This document shows positions 1 through 7,820 of a stretch of DNA of 64,000 bases, in pieces. The DNA is taken from the NCBI GenBank assembly GCA_963787125.1, contig CAWBBV010000004.1:1-64000 (forward strand), read 5' to 3'. Each line of letters opens with the position of its first letter. Within the stretch, counting starts at the first letter, position 1. The notes below the pieces were generated by a model. It ran no database searches, was not told where the DNA came from, and saw only the letters and a program-made list of their open reading frames with translations. The DNA comes from an uncultured delta proteobacterium (GTDB taxonomy: Bacteria > Desulfobacterota > Desulfuromonadia > Geobacterales > DSM-12255). The position numbers and the translations under genes were made by a program.

Positions 1-1163
1 CCCCCGACTAGACATACAACAACAGCCCAATCAGGGTGCCGATCGAGGCACGATGAGAAATTCAGGTTCAGATTGACTGAACCCGGAGTGTCCTTTTTTC
101 TGCGCATGAATGATGAGGTTTGCTCTAAATTCCAAGGCGCGTTGCGCTTCGTCGAATAGTGCAACACGCTCCGTTGGCGCTCTTTCATCCCGTAGGCAAT
201 CATCTCGAAAGTGATGGACATTCTGTATGAACAGCTTAACTTCGCTTAGTGCGGTAGTTTTCTTGATTCGTCCGCCTGTTTCTTTCTCTCGCTTTCTTTG
301 TCGCGAGCAAGTGCTTCACGGAGTATCGCGACAAGAGGGCCGTTACCAGAAAGAAAAACGCTGTAGAGGTCGTCAGTTTTGTCGATATGTTTCGTTGCGA
401 GTGTTTAGTCCAACGAGAGTTTTGCCTGCTCCGGAACACCGGTCACAAAACAGATTGATTTGTGTGACTTTTCTCTAGAGGTGCGGATGACTTCTGCAAC
501 TGCATCAGTCGTCTGACTCAGATTGATAGCGGAGGCATCCTTACGATAAATGTCAGCCACCGTATGGTCATTATAAAGCGCCAGTGCCGCTTCAATGATT
601 GTGGGTGTTGGGCAATAACGACCGTTTTCCCACTGCATACGATCAATGGTATCGCCATCTACAAAAGCGAGCACACATTTAATCACGCCTCCAAGCATTG
701 ATGAGTTAGACTTTATTGGATTAAAAATTTGGTCATTTTGTGGAGTGAGTGTGGCGGTAAATATTAAATCGTCCGCCTCTGATGCAATCAACACAGGGAC
801 AATATATTTGTCATGACTCGAATCATGAAAATTTTTCAAGTCGAGTGCATAGTCCCAAACCTGGTCAGTGCCATATGCAGAAAATTCCCTTTCACCTACC
901 TTAAACTCAAGGACAAATATTGCAGGGCCAATCAGCAAGATAACATCGATACGTCGCCCCATGCGAGGAATGGCATACTCAAAATAGACTGCACCTTCAT
1001 AAGGTGAAAGTATCTTTTGTAAAATATCAATTTGATGAAGCCATGCTTGACGCTGGGTTTGCAGTACAGGAAATTCACATTCCTGTGCGAGCTGCGAATA
1101 TATTTCATCTTTTGAAGATTGCCGGAAGTTTGTTGCCGAGTCAGAATAGTAGGAGCGTTTCAT
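1..1163 (-). pseudogene. DUF2075 (Schlafen group 3-like helicase) protein with N-terminal PD-(D/E)xK-like region; frameshifted, runs off the window edge
   Basis: ORF 405..1163 ends at ICFVTGVP. The Walker A continuation [10 protein letters not shown], then [29 protein letters not shown] and WAVVVCLVG, read in other frames down to base 1, implying several indels. Confidence 0.8.
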
Positions 1164-1166
1164 TGT

Positions 1167-1364
1167 TTATTCATTACCTTTCCTGATGTTCGCGATCAAC
1201 TTGTCAATTTCGGTCATACAACTTGGACAGTAGACATCCCAGCATGAATCTTCGTCTACTCTAAAACCAAAGCAAGCCTCATTAATGCTGCCATTTGTCA
1301 GACCATAAGCGGCAGCCCCATCATTCAGCTCCTTTCCGCAGAGAGAACAAAAAATTTCTTCCAT
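1167..1364 (-). CDS. small CxxC...CxxC zinc-ribbon-like protein
   Basis: 65 aa with CSLC and CPSC; GAGG RBS upstream; stops 3 nt before the DUF2075 ATG. Confidence 0.6.
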   Translation of the reverse strand: MEEIFCSLCGKELNDGAAAYGLTNGSINEACFGFRVDEDSCWDVYCPSCMTEIDKLIANIRKGNE

Positions 1365-1419
1365 TGGGTTTCCTCGTTACATGTGTGGTCACAGGCTTCC
1401 AAAAATCCAAATTGAACCC

Positions 1420-1461
1420 AAAAAAGCCGCTCCACCGGTCAATACCGGTCCAGCGGCTTTT
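1420..1461 (-). terminator. intrinsic terminator-like hairpin
   Basis: AAAAGCCGCT...AGCGGCTTTT arms, with a T6 run on the minus strand. Confidence 0.55.
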
Positions 1462-1591
1462 GTCATCAATCCAACTCTCTCCCACTTCATAACCAGCTCC
1501 ACAACATAAAAGATCGCTCACATTAACACAGCAATTATGAATTAAGAAGAATGAATTATGAAAAACAGGGGGAATTAAGTGCTGGATTCTG

Positions 1592-1669
1592 CATTTCTGG
1601 CTTCGTATCTTCACCACGAATCCGGCTCATGTTCCATGAACGTTTTGCTTTATTGAGATGATCGGTCAT
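1592..1669 (-). pseudogene. vsr: vsr 5' fragment, copy A
   Basis: Translates MTDHLNKAKRSWNMSRIRGEDTKPEM, then similarity stops. Confidence 0.85.
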
Positions 1670-1675
1670 GCGGGG

Positions 1676-1764
1676 TTACACAACCTCCCAGTAACCGCCC
1701 TTATCCGGCCCGACACGACAGAGCACGCCTTCCTGTTTCAGTTTCGCAAGCTGTTTTTCCACAG
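1676..1764 (-). pseudogene. duplicated 3' end of the AlbA_2/HATPase gene
   Basis: Matches 3464..3552 with one mismatch seen; encodes VEKQLAKLKQEGVL.RVGPDKGGYWEVV*. Confidence 0.85.
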
Positions 1765-1775
1765 AGAGAGCTATA

Positions 1776-1825
1776 AGGGGTCAAGTCTCCAAATCTCAAA
1801 TTTGAGTTTTGGAGACTTGACCCCT
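1776..1825. repeat. 50-bp near-perfect palindrome (REP-like, GGGGTCAAGTCT...AGACTTGACCCC)
   Basis: AGGGGTCAAGTCTCCAAAtCTCAAA|TTTGAGtTTTGGAGACTTGACCCCT, one mismatched pair. Confidence 0.9.
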
Positions 1826-2167
1826 CTGTTTCCCCCCGGTGCCGCCGTAGCGGCCTGCACTGGCGATCAGCCCTTTGGCGCCGGTCAGTTCGATCCATTT
1901 TTTGGCTGACAGAAAAAAACTGTTCCGTCCGGCCTCATTTTTAATTCCCTCGAATTCGAGGGAATTAAAATCAGGGTTATTGATACGCTCCCAGACACCA
2001 AGGAACAGGACAGTATCCTTGTTCTTGAGCCATTGCTCAATCAGTGCGCCTCCACCATCAAAATTCCGCACCATGTCAGTAAGCGAAATATAGTCGCCAC
2101 CCTTCTGCGAAAGGATGCTGATCGGCGTACCCTGAACCTCGATAATGCTCTTTTTTGCCTTGCTCAT
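1796..2167 (-). pseudogene. KilA-N domain protein, 3'-truncated
   Basis: DYISLTDM...WLKNKDTVLFLGVWE...SAKKWI...GRYGGT; the expected YAHxDIA continuation is missing and the frame ends inside the palindrome. Confidence 0.8.
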
Positions 2168-2217
2168 GTCTTTGCCTTTTATGGTTTGACGACACCCGGC
2201 ATTTATAAAAAGATGGG

Positions 2218-2451
2218 TTAATATTTGACAGATCCGAATCTAATAGACAGGGAGCAATCATAAACAAACACCACCGTCTTCCATTTCGGCAGCACAATAT
2301 CCGGCCTGCCCGGCAGATCCTTCACATAGAGGCAAAAGCGTAAACCGGCAGCGTGGAGCATCATTCTGACCGCCATTTCCGGCTTCGTATCCTTACCACG
2401 AATCCGGCTCATGTTCCACGACCGTTTAGCTTTATCGAGATGATCTGTCAT
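2218..2451 (-). pseudogene. vsr: vsr 5' fragment, copy B (longest)
   Basis: RSWNMSRIRGKDTKPE...LPGRPDIVLPKWKTVVFV; lacks the HGCFWH motif and the C-terminal half. Confidence 0.9.
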
Positions 2452-2495
2452 GAAGATTCTATGAATACTGGTAATGTTCTGCTATAGTATTAACC

Positions 2496-2675
2496 ATGAA
2501 ATCGAAACCCCTCAGCAAAACCAATCCTCACCTGTTCGACACGCTGAAACGGCGCGAAGCCGTTTTCGCGTCGGTTGTCTCCTCTTCGGCAGTAGAAGGA
2601 ATTCGCCTGACTCCTCTGGAAATTCAGTCCCTTAAACAGCCGCAACACTCTTCTGCTGAAGTCACTCCCCGATAA
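2496..2675 (+). CDS. putative Fic antitoxin (VbhA-like inhibitory motif), 59 aa
   Basis: MKSKPLSKTNPHLFDTLKRREAVFASVVSSSAVEGIRLT...; SSAVEG fits (S/T)xxxE(G/N); extended -10 TGcTATAGT 7 nt upstream; absent from the ORF track. Confidence 0.7.
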   Translation: MKSKPLSKTNPHLFDTLKRREAVFASVVSSSAVEGIRLTPLEIQSLKQPQHSSAEVTPR

Positions 2676-3285
2676 TTTCCGCAAAAATCCTTTTCATCGG
2701 TTCATAGTTACGGTCAAGACCCGCCCTTACTGCGGCAAAGTACCGCTCACGCTGCTCATCCATAAGTGTATAGTCCGGCAGCGGCAGCCCTGCCTGCAGT
2801 GCCATTATGGTTGTAAGTAGACGCGCCAGCCTGCCGTTACCCTCCCGGAAAGGGTGAATCAGCAGCAGCTCGGTATGCACCTCGGCCATTGCCCTGGCAA
2901 TTTCATCGGTTCTGTCAAACCGGCAGGGTGTATATCTGCTCAATACGTTCTCTTCAAACTCTGTCATCAGCGCCGGAATATGCAGCGGTGAGGCAAAGGG
3001 GAAGCCGCCCTTGCTCATCATCACTTGTCGATAACTGCCCGCCCATTCGTAAACAGACCCGAGCCAGAGCCGATGCATTAGGCAGATATCATCCGCAGTA
3101 ATCAGCTGCCCGGCACTGAAACTGTCCAATAGCTCGTCGGTTGTCCGGAGTAATTCTGCGGTTTCAGCCAGTTCCATGGCATGACGATCAGATATCCCTC
3201 TGAGATTGCACAACACCTGTTTGTTTGAGCCGGGCTCAAACTGAGTTTCGAGAAGATCCGGGGTGTCATAACGGGTCATTGTCAT
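2662..3285 (-). CDS. Fic/DOC family adenylyltransferase
   Basis: Canonical HPFREGNGRLAR motif, 207 aa. Confidence 0.93.
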   Translation of the reverse strand: MTMTRYDTPDLLETQFEPGSNKQVLCNLRGISDRHAMELAETAELLRTTDELLDSFSAGQLITADDICLMHRLWLGSVYEWAGSYRQVMMSKGGFPFASPLHIPALMTEFEENVLSRYTPCRFDRTDEIARAMAEVHTELLLIHPFREGNGRLARLLTTIMALQAGLPLPDYTLMDEQRERYFAAVRAGLDRNYEPMKRIFAEIIGE

Positions 3286-3289
3286 AGCC

Positions 3290-3457
3290 TCACAAGCCTT
3301 TAATATCCTGTTTGCCGGACAGATTCTTTACATGAAGACGGAAGCGGAATCCGGAAGCGTGCAGCATCCTCCTGACCGCCATTTCCGGCTTCGTATCCTT
3401 ACCACGAATCCGGCTCATGTTCCACGACCGTTTTACTTTATCGAGATGATCGGTCAT
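3290..3457 (-). pseudogene. vsr: vsr 5' fragment, copy C
   Basis: MTDHLDKVKRSWNMSRIRGKDTKPEMAVRRMLHASGFRFRLHVKNLSGKQDIKGL*; stops 4 nt before the fic start. Confidence 0.88.
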
Positions 3458-3463
3458 GCGGGG

Positions 3464-4819
3464 TTACACAACCTCCCAGTAACCGCCCTTATCCGGCCCG
3501 ACACGACGGAGCACGCCTTCCTGTTTCAGTTTCGCAAGCTGTTTTTCCACAGCACGAAGCGTAAGTCCAAGATGCTGACTCAGATCAACGGCCGTAACAG
3601 AGCTGTTCTCCCTGACAGCATCAAGAATTTTCACCGAACTTTTCACCGAACTTTTCACCGAACTTTTCCGGGTAGCTTCACCGACGTTTTCTCCGACACC
3701 GGCGGGCTTCGTGAGCTCGTAACTGTTTCGCTTGAATGTGGCAATAAAATGGGTCCCAAGCTCTTCAAATTCAGTTTGTGGCTCACGTTCCAGAATCATC
3801 TTGATGCCGCGTCCCCACTTCTCAATAAAATGGACACGGTGAAACAGCTCCGCCATAAGTTCATTGCGCCGCTCGGAAAGCATTTTCCGGCGGATGTCAG
3901 CAACGGTCAGCCCGCCATAAAGCAGACCGGGGCTCCTGATCTCTACCCGGTCCTTGAAGATGGCAATATTGACCGAATCGTATTCCCGGTAATCACGGTG
4001 ACAGAAGGCGTTGATAATCGCTTCTCGAAACGCTTCCGGGTCAATTTCGGGAACATCCACCCGCAGCATCCCTTCCAGCCGCATGCCGATGTTGATATGC
4101 TCCAGGATGTACTCTTCCGCCTTTTTGATCAGGTAAAACGGGTCACCGTAGAAGTCCTGCATACTGATGGTAACAGTGGTATCGAGGGTTCCAAACACGG
4201 CGCAGCGCAGCCGGGCGTTGGGGAAGAACTTCTCCGGTTTGCGGGCAAAGCAGAGCACAGCGGCATTCAGCAGCCTGCCGTCTCTGACCAGATTCAGTTT
4301 TTCGAGGGAGTTGGGGATGGTGTCGAATTTGAGGCCGCTGAGTTTCAGAAATGATTTCAGCTTACCGGGACCAATGTCGTCAACGGTCGCCTTATCACAG
4401 GTCTCCGTATCCCAGCGGAGCCTGTCGCGATTTTTATGAAGAATGATATTTTCAAGCTCTCTGGCGCTTAACTGGCGGTCTTCATCGCCAACGCGGATAT
4501 AGGCACGACCATAGGCATAGTAAGGGCAATCCTTCCCCTCTGCCTGTACCTTGATGCACTGCCTGGCATCTACAGTTAGCTGCTCAATGACAGGGTAAAC
4601 TTTAGGCTCAATGTGGTCGGCAATTGCCTTGGAGATATCGCGGATCGTTTTGTCGGAAACCTGCTGACCTGCCACAGCACCGTCGTTTCTGATGCCGAAC
4701 CAGACTTCACCCTGTTGATGCTTGTTCAGCATCGCCGCAAGGGAGATCACTGCCTCCTTAAGTTCGGAGGTGGATTTCTTCAATTCAACAATTTCGGTTT
4801 CCTGGATATTCATATTCAT
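3464..4819 (-). CDS. AlbA_2 (Schlafen-like) + HATPase_c_4 + HTH protein
   Basis: VELKKS..AMLNKHQQGEVWFGIRNDG; REAIINAFCHRDY; RVEIRSPG; RN..MAELF...IEKWGRG; C-terminal wHTH ending RVGPDKGGYW. Confidence 0.9.
   Translation of the reverse strand: MNMNIQETEIVELKKSTSELKEAVISLAAMLNKHQQGEVWFGIRNDGAVAGQQVSDKTIRDISKAIADHIEPKVYPVIEQLTVDARQCIKVQAEGKDCPYYAYGRAYIRVGDEDRQLSARELENIILHKNRDRLRWDTETCDKATVDDIGPGKLKSFLKLSGLKFDTIPNSLEKLNLVRDGRLLNAAVLCFARKPEKFFPNARLRCAVFGTLDTTVTISMQDFYGDPFYLIKKAEEYILEHINIGMRLEGMLRVDVPEIDPEAFREAIINAFCHRDYREYDSVNIAIFKDRVEIRSPGLLYGGLTVADIRRKMLSERRNELMAELFHRVHFIEKWGRGIKMILEREPQTEFEELGTHFIATFKRNSYELTKPAGVGENVGEATRKSSVKSSVKSSVKILDAVRENSSVTAVDLSQHLGLTLRAVEKQLAKLKQEGVLRRVGPDKGGYWEVV
3628..3668. 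repeat. in-frame 12-bp tandem repeat (SSVK linker)
   Basis: TTTTCACCGAAC x3.4. Confidence 0.9.
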
Positions 4820-4843
4820 TCTCTTCACAGCCGCTGTTTTTAA

Positions 4844-4898
4844 CACGAATCCGGCTCATATTCCATGAACGTTTTGCTTCGTCGGGATGATCGGTCAT
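4844..4898 (-). pseudogene. vsr: vsr 5' fragment, copy D (shortest)
   Basis: MTDHPDEAKRSWNMSRIR, then diverges. Confidence 0.8.
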
Positions 4899-5217
4899 CA
4901 ACTTAAGTCCATTATTATTCAGACATTTATATACTGCTTCCGCTGAAACTAAAAATGCCGGCAAGCGGCAGTTCATGACCCTGCGGGCTGTTTATCATTA
5001 AAAACACCCTGACTTCTGCCGGCAGAATTTCGGGGTTAACTCGCTGATTTACAACAACAGTGCTTCCAAAAATCCCCGTTTTTTTTCGGCGTACCGGTTA
5101 ATGAAGCCGCCGTGCCCGGCGTCACCATTGCCGCTGCACGATCAATCCCCCGACCTCACTCCCCATCCGCACCGACCAGGCCATTTGCAGCAGATTTATT
5201 CTCAGTCCGACAGTCTC

Positions 5218-6351
5218 CTAGGGCTTCACCTTTCCCGACGGGTTCTGCTTCTCCGCCGCTTTCTCTTTCGACTCCACCACCGCCCCCGGCGTCAGCCGCA
5301 GCTGGCCGTCAATCACCACGGTTTCTCCTGCTGCCAGCCCCTTGTCGATAACCGTCTCCTCCCCCGCAACCGTTGCCGAGATTACCGGGCGCATCTCCAC
5401 TGTGTTGTCCGCCTTGACCACATAAATAAACTCCCCCTGCTGACCGGTCTGGATGGCAGTGGTCGGAACGACGACGGCATTCTGCCGGGAAGCGAGGGTT
5501 ATGACCACGTCGGTATACTGGCCCGGCCAGAGTTTGCGAGCTTTGTTGGCAAAGGTCCCTTTGAGCTTGATGGTGCCGGTGGCCGCATTGACGGCGTTAT
5601 CTAGAAAGCTGATGGAGCCGGTTTCGTTTGCCCCCGGTTCACCGGGGATGGCAGCTTCTATCTTCAACTGGCCCGCGGCCATGGCCCGCTTGATCTCTGT
5701 CAGGCGTTTTTCCGGGAGGGAAAAAGTCGCGTAGATCGGGCTGAGCTGATTGACCGTTACTATGGCCAGATCGTTGGCCTTGACCAGATTGCCCGGCTGC
5801 AGGGCAACCGTTCCGGTGCGGCCGGCAATGGGGGAGCGGATGGAGCAGTAGCTCAGCTGGATTCTGGCGCTTTTTATGGCCGCCCGGTCGGCGACAACGG
5901 TGGCGGCCAGCGAGGCGGCGTTGGACTGCAGCAGTTCATACTGATCGCGGGTGACAATGCCATCTTTGAGTAAGCCTTCGTAGCGCCTGACCTGATCAAC
6001 GGCAAACTTTGCCTGGGCCTGATCCTTGGCCAGGGCGGCTTCGTACTGGCTCAAGCTTGCCTGGAACGGTTCCGGATCGATGCTGACAAGCAGGGCCCCC
6101 TTGTCGACATCACTCCCTTCGGAAAAATGAACCCGGGCAATCTGGCCGCTGACCTGTGATTTGATGGCAACGCTGGTGAAGGCCTCGATGTTGCCGATGG
6201 TTTTGATCTGTACCGGCATATTTTTCTGCAGCGCCACTGCTGTTTTCACCGGTACCGCTGCTTTTATTCTGCTTTTCTCTTTTTTGGCGGTGCAGGCGGT
6301 GTTGAACAACAGTGCAGTGAAGGTTACTAAAATTATGGGGGTTAGTTTCAT
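5218..6351 (-). CDS. RND efflux periplasmic adaptor (MdtA-like)
   Basis: N-terminal signal with TAC; IKSQVSGQI..V.FSEG; IRSPIAGRTG; LDNAVNAATGTIKLKGTF; LWPGQY. Confidence 0.9.
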   Translation of the reverse strand: MKLTPIILVTFTALLFNTACTAKKEKSRIKAAVPVKTAVALQKNMPVQIKTIGNIEAFTSVAIKSQVSGQIARVHFSEGSDVDKGALLVSIDPEPFQASLSQYEAALAKDQAQAKFAVDQVRRYEGLLKDGIVTRDQYELLQSNAASLAATVVADRAAIKSARIQLSYCSIRSPIAGRTGTVALQPGNLVKANDLAIVTVNQLSPIYATFSLPEKRLTEIKRAMAAGQLKIEAAIPGEPGANETGSISFLDNAVNAATGTIKLKGTFANKARKLWPGQYTDVVITLASRQNAVVVPTTAIQTGQQGEFIYVVKADNTVEMRPVISATVAGEETVIDKGLAAGETVVIDGQLRLTPGAVVESKEKAAEKQNPSGKVKP

Positions 6352-6381
6352 GATTCTCTTCTTTCCTGTCACGCGTTATTT

Positions 6382-7329
6382 TTATCGCATATCCGCCGAA
6401 TTGTTCATGTCGAGCTTCGGACAATTGACGCTACATAATTCACAGCCGCCAGGGCAGGGTTCGATTTGCACCAGAATATGGCTGTAGGACAGGCACTGCC
6501 TGATGTCAGCAGTTATCTCGTGGGCAAGCTTGTGGCCGGCTTCCACGGTCATCTTTTTCGGCACCACCAGGTGCATGTCAATATGCCTGATATGACCTGA
6601 CTTGCGAGTCCGCAGTTTGTGATACTCGATGAAACGGCCGGTGTAGCGCTGCATAACGTCATGAATCTGCGCCTCTTCGTCATCGGGGAGTTTAACGTCC
6701 AGAACATGAAAGAAGGCTGTTTTGGTGAGATCCCAGGCGGCCTTGATAATCATGAGCGCGACAATCATAGCGATAATCGGATCGAGCATGGCAATGCCGG
6801 TCAGCTTGATAGCCACCAGCCCGCCAAGCACCCCCACAGAGGTGTAAACATCGGCCCGCAGATGCATGGCGTCGGCCTCCAGCGCCACAGAGTCGGTCTT
6901 GAGACCGACGTTCAGAAGATGCCGGGAGACGAAATAGTTTGCAACGGCTGAGACCAGCATGACTGCAGCCCCGAGTCCCAGGCTCTCGATCTCAACTTTG
7001 CCGGACAAAAGTTTATGCGCAGCCTCCCGGATGATATACAACGCAGCGCCAAAGATAAGTACGGCTTCTATGGTTCCGGCCACATTTTCGATTTTGCCGT
7101 GACCAAAAGGGTGCTCGTCATCAGCCGGTTTTCCTGACTTTCTGACCGCCACCCAGGCAATAACAGCCGCCACAAGGTCAAGCCCGGAGTGCACGGCCTC
7201 AGAGATGACGCTGACTGACTGCATCATTATACCGACAATCAGCTTCATGATGGTTAAAATAGTGTTGGAGATGATTGAGATACCGGCGGCTCTGTTTTTA
7301 GCCGCCTGAATTTCAGCAGATTGAATCAC
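6382..7329 (-). CDS. cation diffusion facilitator (FieF-like)
   Basis: SEAVHSGLD, HPFGHGKIE, ADAMHLRAD motifs; Cys-rich tail. Confidence 0.92.
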   Translation of the reverse strand: MIQSAEIQAAKNRAAGISIISNTILTIMKLIVGIMMQSVSVISEAVHSGLDLVAAVIAWVAVRKSGKPADDEHPFGHGKIENVAGTIEAVLIFGAALYIIREAAHKLLSGKVEIESLGLGAAVMLVSAVANYFVSRHLLNVGLKTDSVALEADAMHLRADVYTSVGVLGGLVAIKLTGIAMLDPIIAMIVALMIIKAAWDLTKTAFFHVLDVKLPDDEEAQIHDVMQRYTGRFIEYHKLRTRKSGHIRHIDMHLVVPKKMTVEAGHKLAHEITADIRQCLSYSHILVQIEPCPGGCELCSVNCPKLDMNNSADMR

Positions 7330-7377
7330 TTAAGCTACTCCTGTTATTGTGCGCAATGTATCCTGAAAAAAGCATTC

Positions 7378-7510
7378 AGCCACGGATGTACACGGATGAA
7401 CACAGATAAATCAAGAACATAAAAGCTAAAATTGATCGACCCAAAAGGTGAATTCAAGTTCTTCAAGTTGTTCAAGTTTTATCCGCAGTTATCCGCTTTT
7501 ATCTGTGGCT
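7378..7510. repeat. intergenic inverted-repeat element with 10-nt periodic arms
   Basis: CACGGATGTA CACGGATGAA CACAGATAAA ... TTATCCGCAG TTATCCGCTT TTATCTGTGG; internal TTCAAGTTn x3. Confidence 0.75.
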
Positions 7511-7681
7511 AACTGCCGTTTTTGGGTTTATTGACGTTGATACTTGTGAGCCATTTCCCCGGCGCTTGTTGTTGCATCTGCGCCTCAAAGGAATAACTGC
7601 CTTTATATGGCCCGCAAATGTCAGCGCAGAAATATGAGCCCGAATTTAGCGGATTTCCAGAGTCTACTTGCAACCGTGAGT

Positions 7682-7722
7682 AAAAGAAAACGGAAACTTG
7701 CGCGGGAGGCAGGTTTCCGTTT
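7682..7722 (-). terminator. intrinsic terminator downstream of the FN3 gene
   Basis: AAACGGAAACTTGC...GCAGGTTTCCGTTT hairpin with a T-rich tail on the minus strand. Confidence 0.65.
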
Positions 7723-7820
7723 AGTAAGGCGGAGTTTGTTGTTTTTTTCCGGGGTTCAATGTTTCCGGTCGCGCCCCTGTGAAGGGCGCTGTTTATTTTG
7801 CCGGCCAGGCTTCCCGGCGC

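Noticed and set aside
2490..2684. 64-aa minus-strand ORF downstream of fic
   Set aside because: The plus-strand 59-aa ORF has the antitoxin motif and a promoter, so this one is likely its shadow
3332..4354. 340-aa plus-strand ORF (also 1658..1909)
   Set aside because: Antisense shadows of the AlbA_2/HATPase gene and its duplicated end
1592..4898. vsr repeats as a CRISPR array or integron attC sites
   Set aside because: The repeats are protein-coding fragments of unequal length with kb-scale spacing; no attC-like dyad, intI or cas gene is visible
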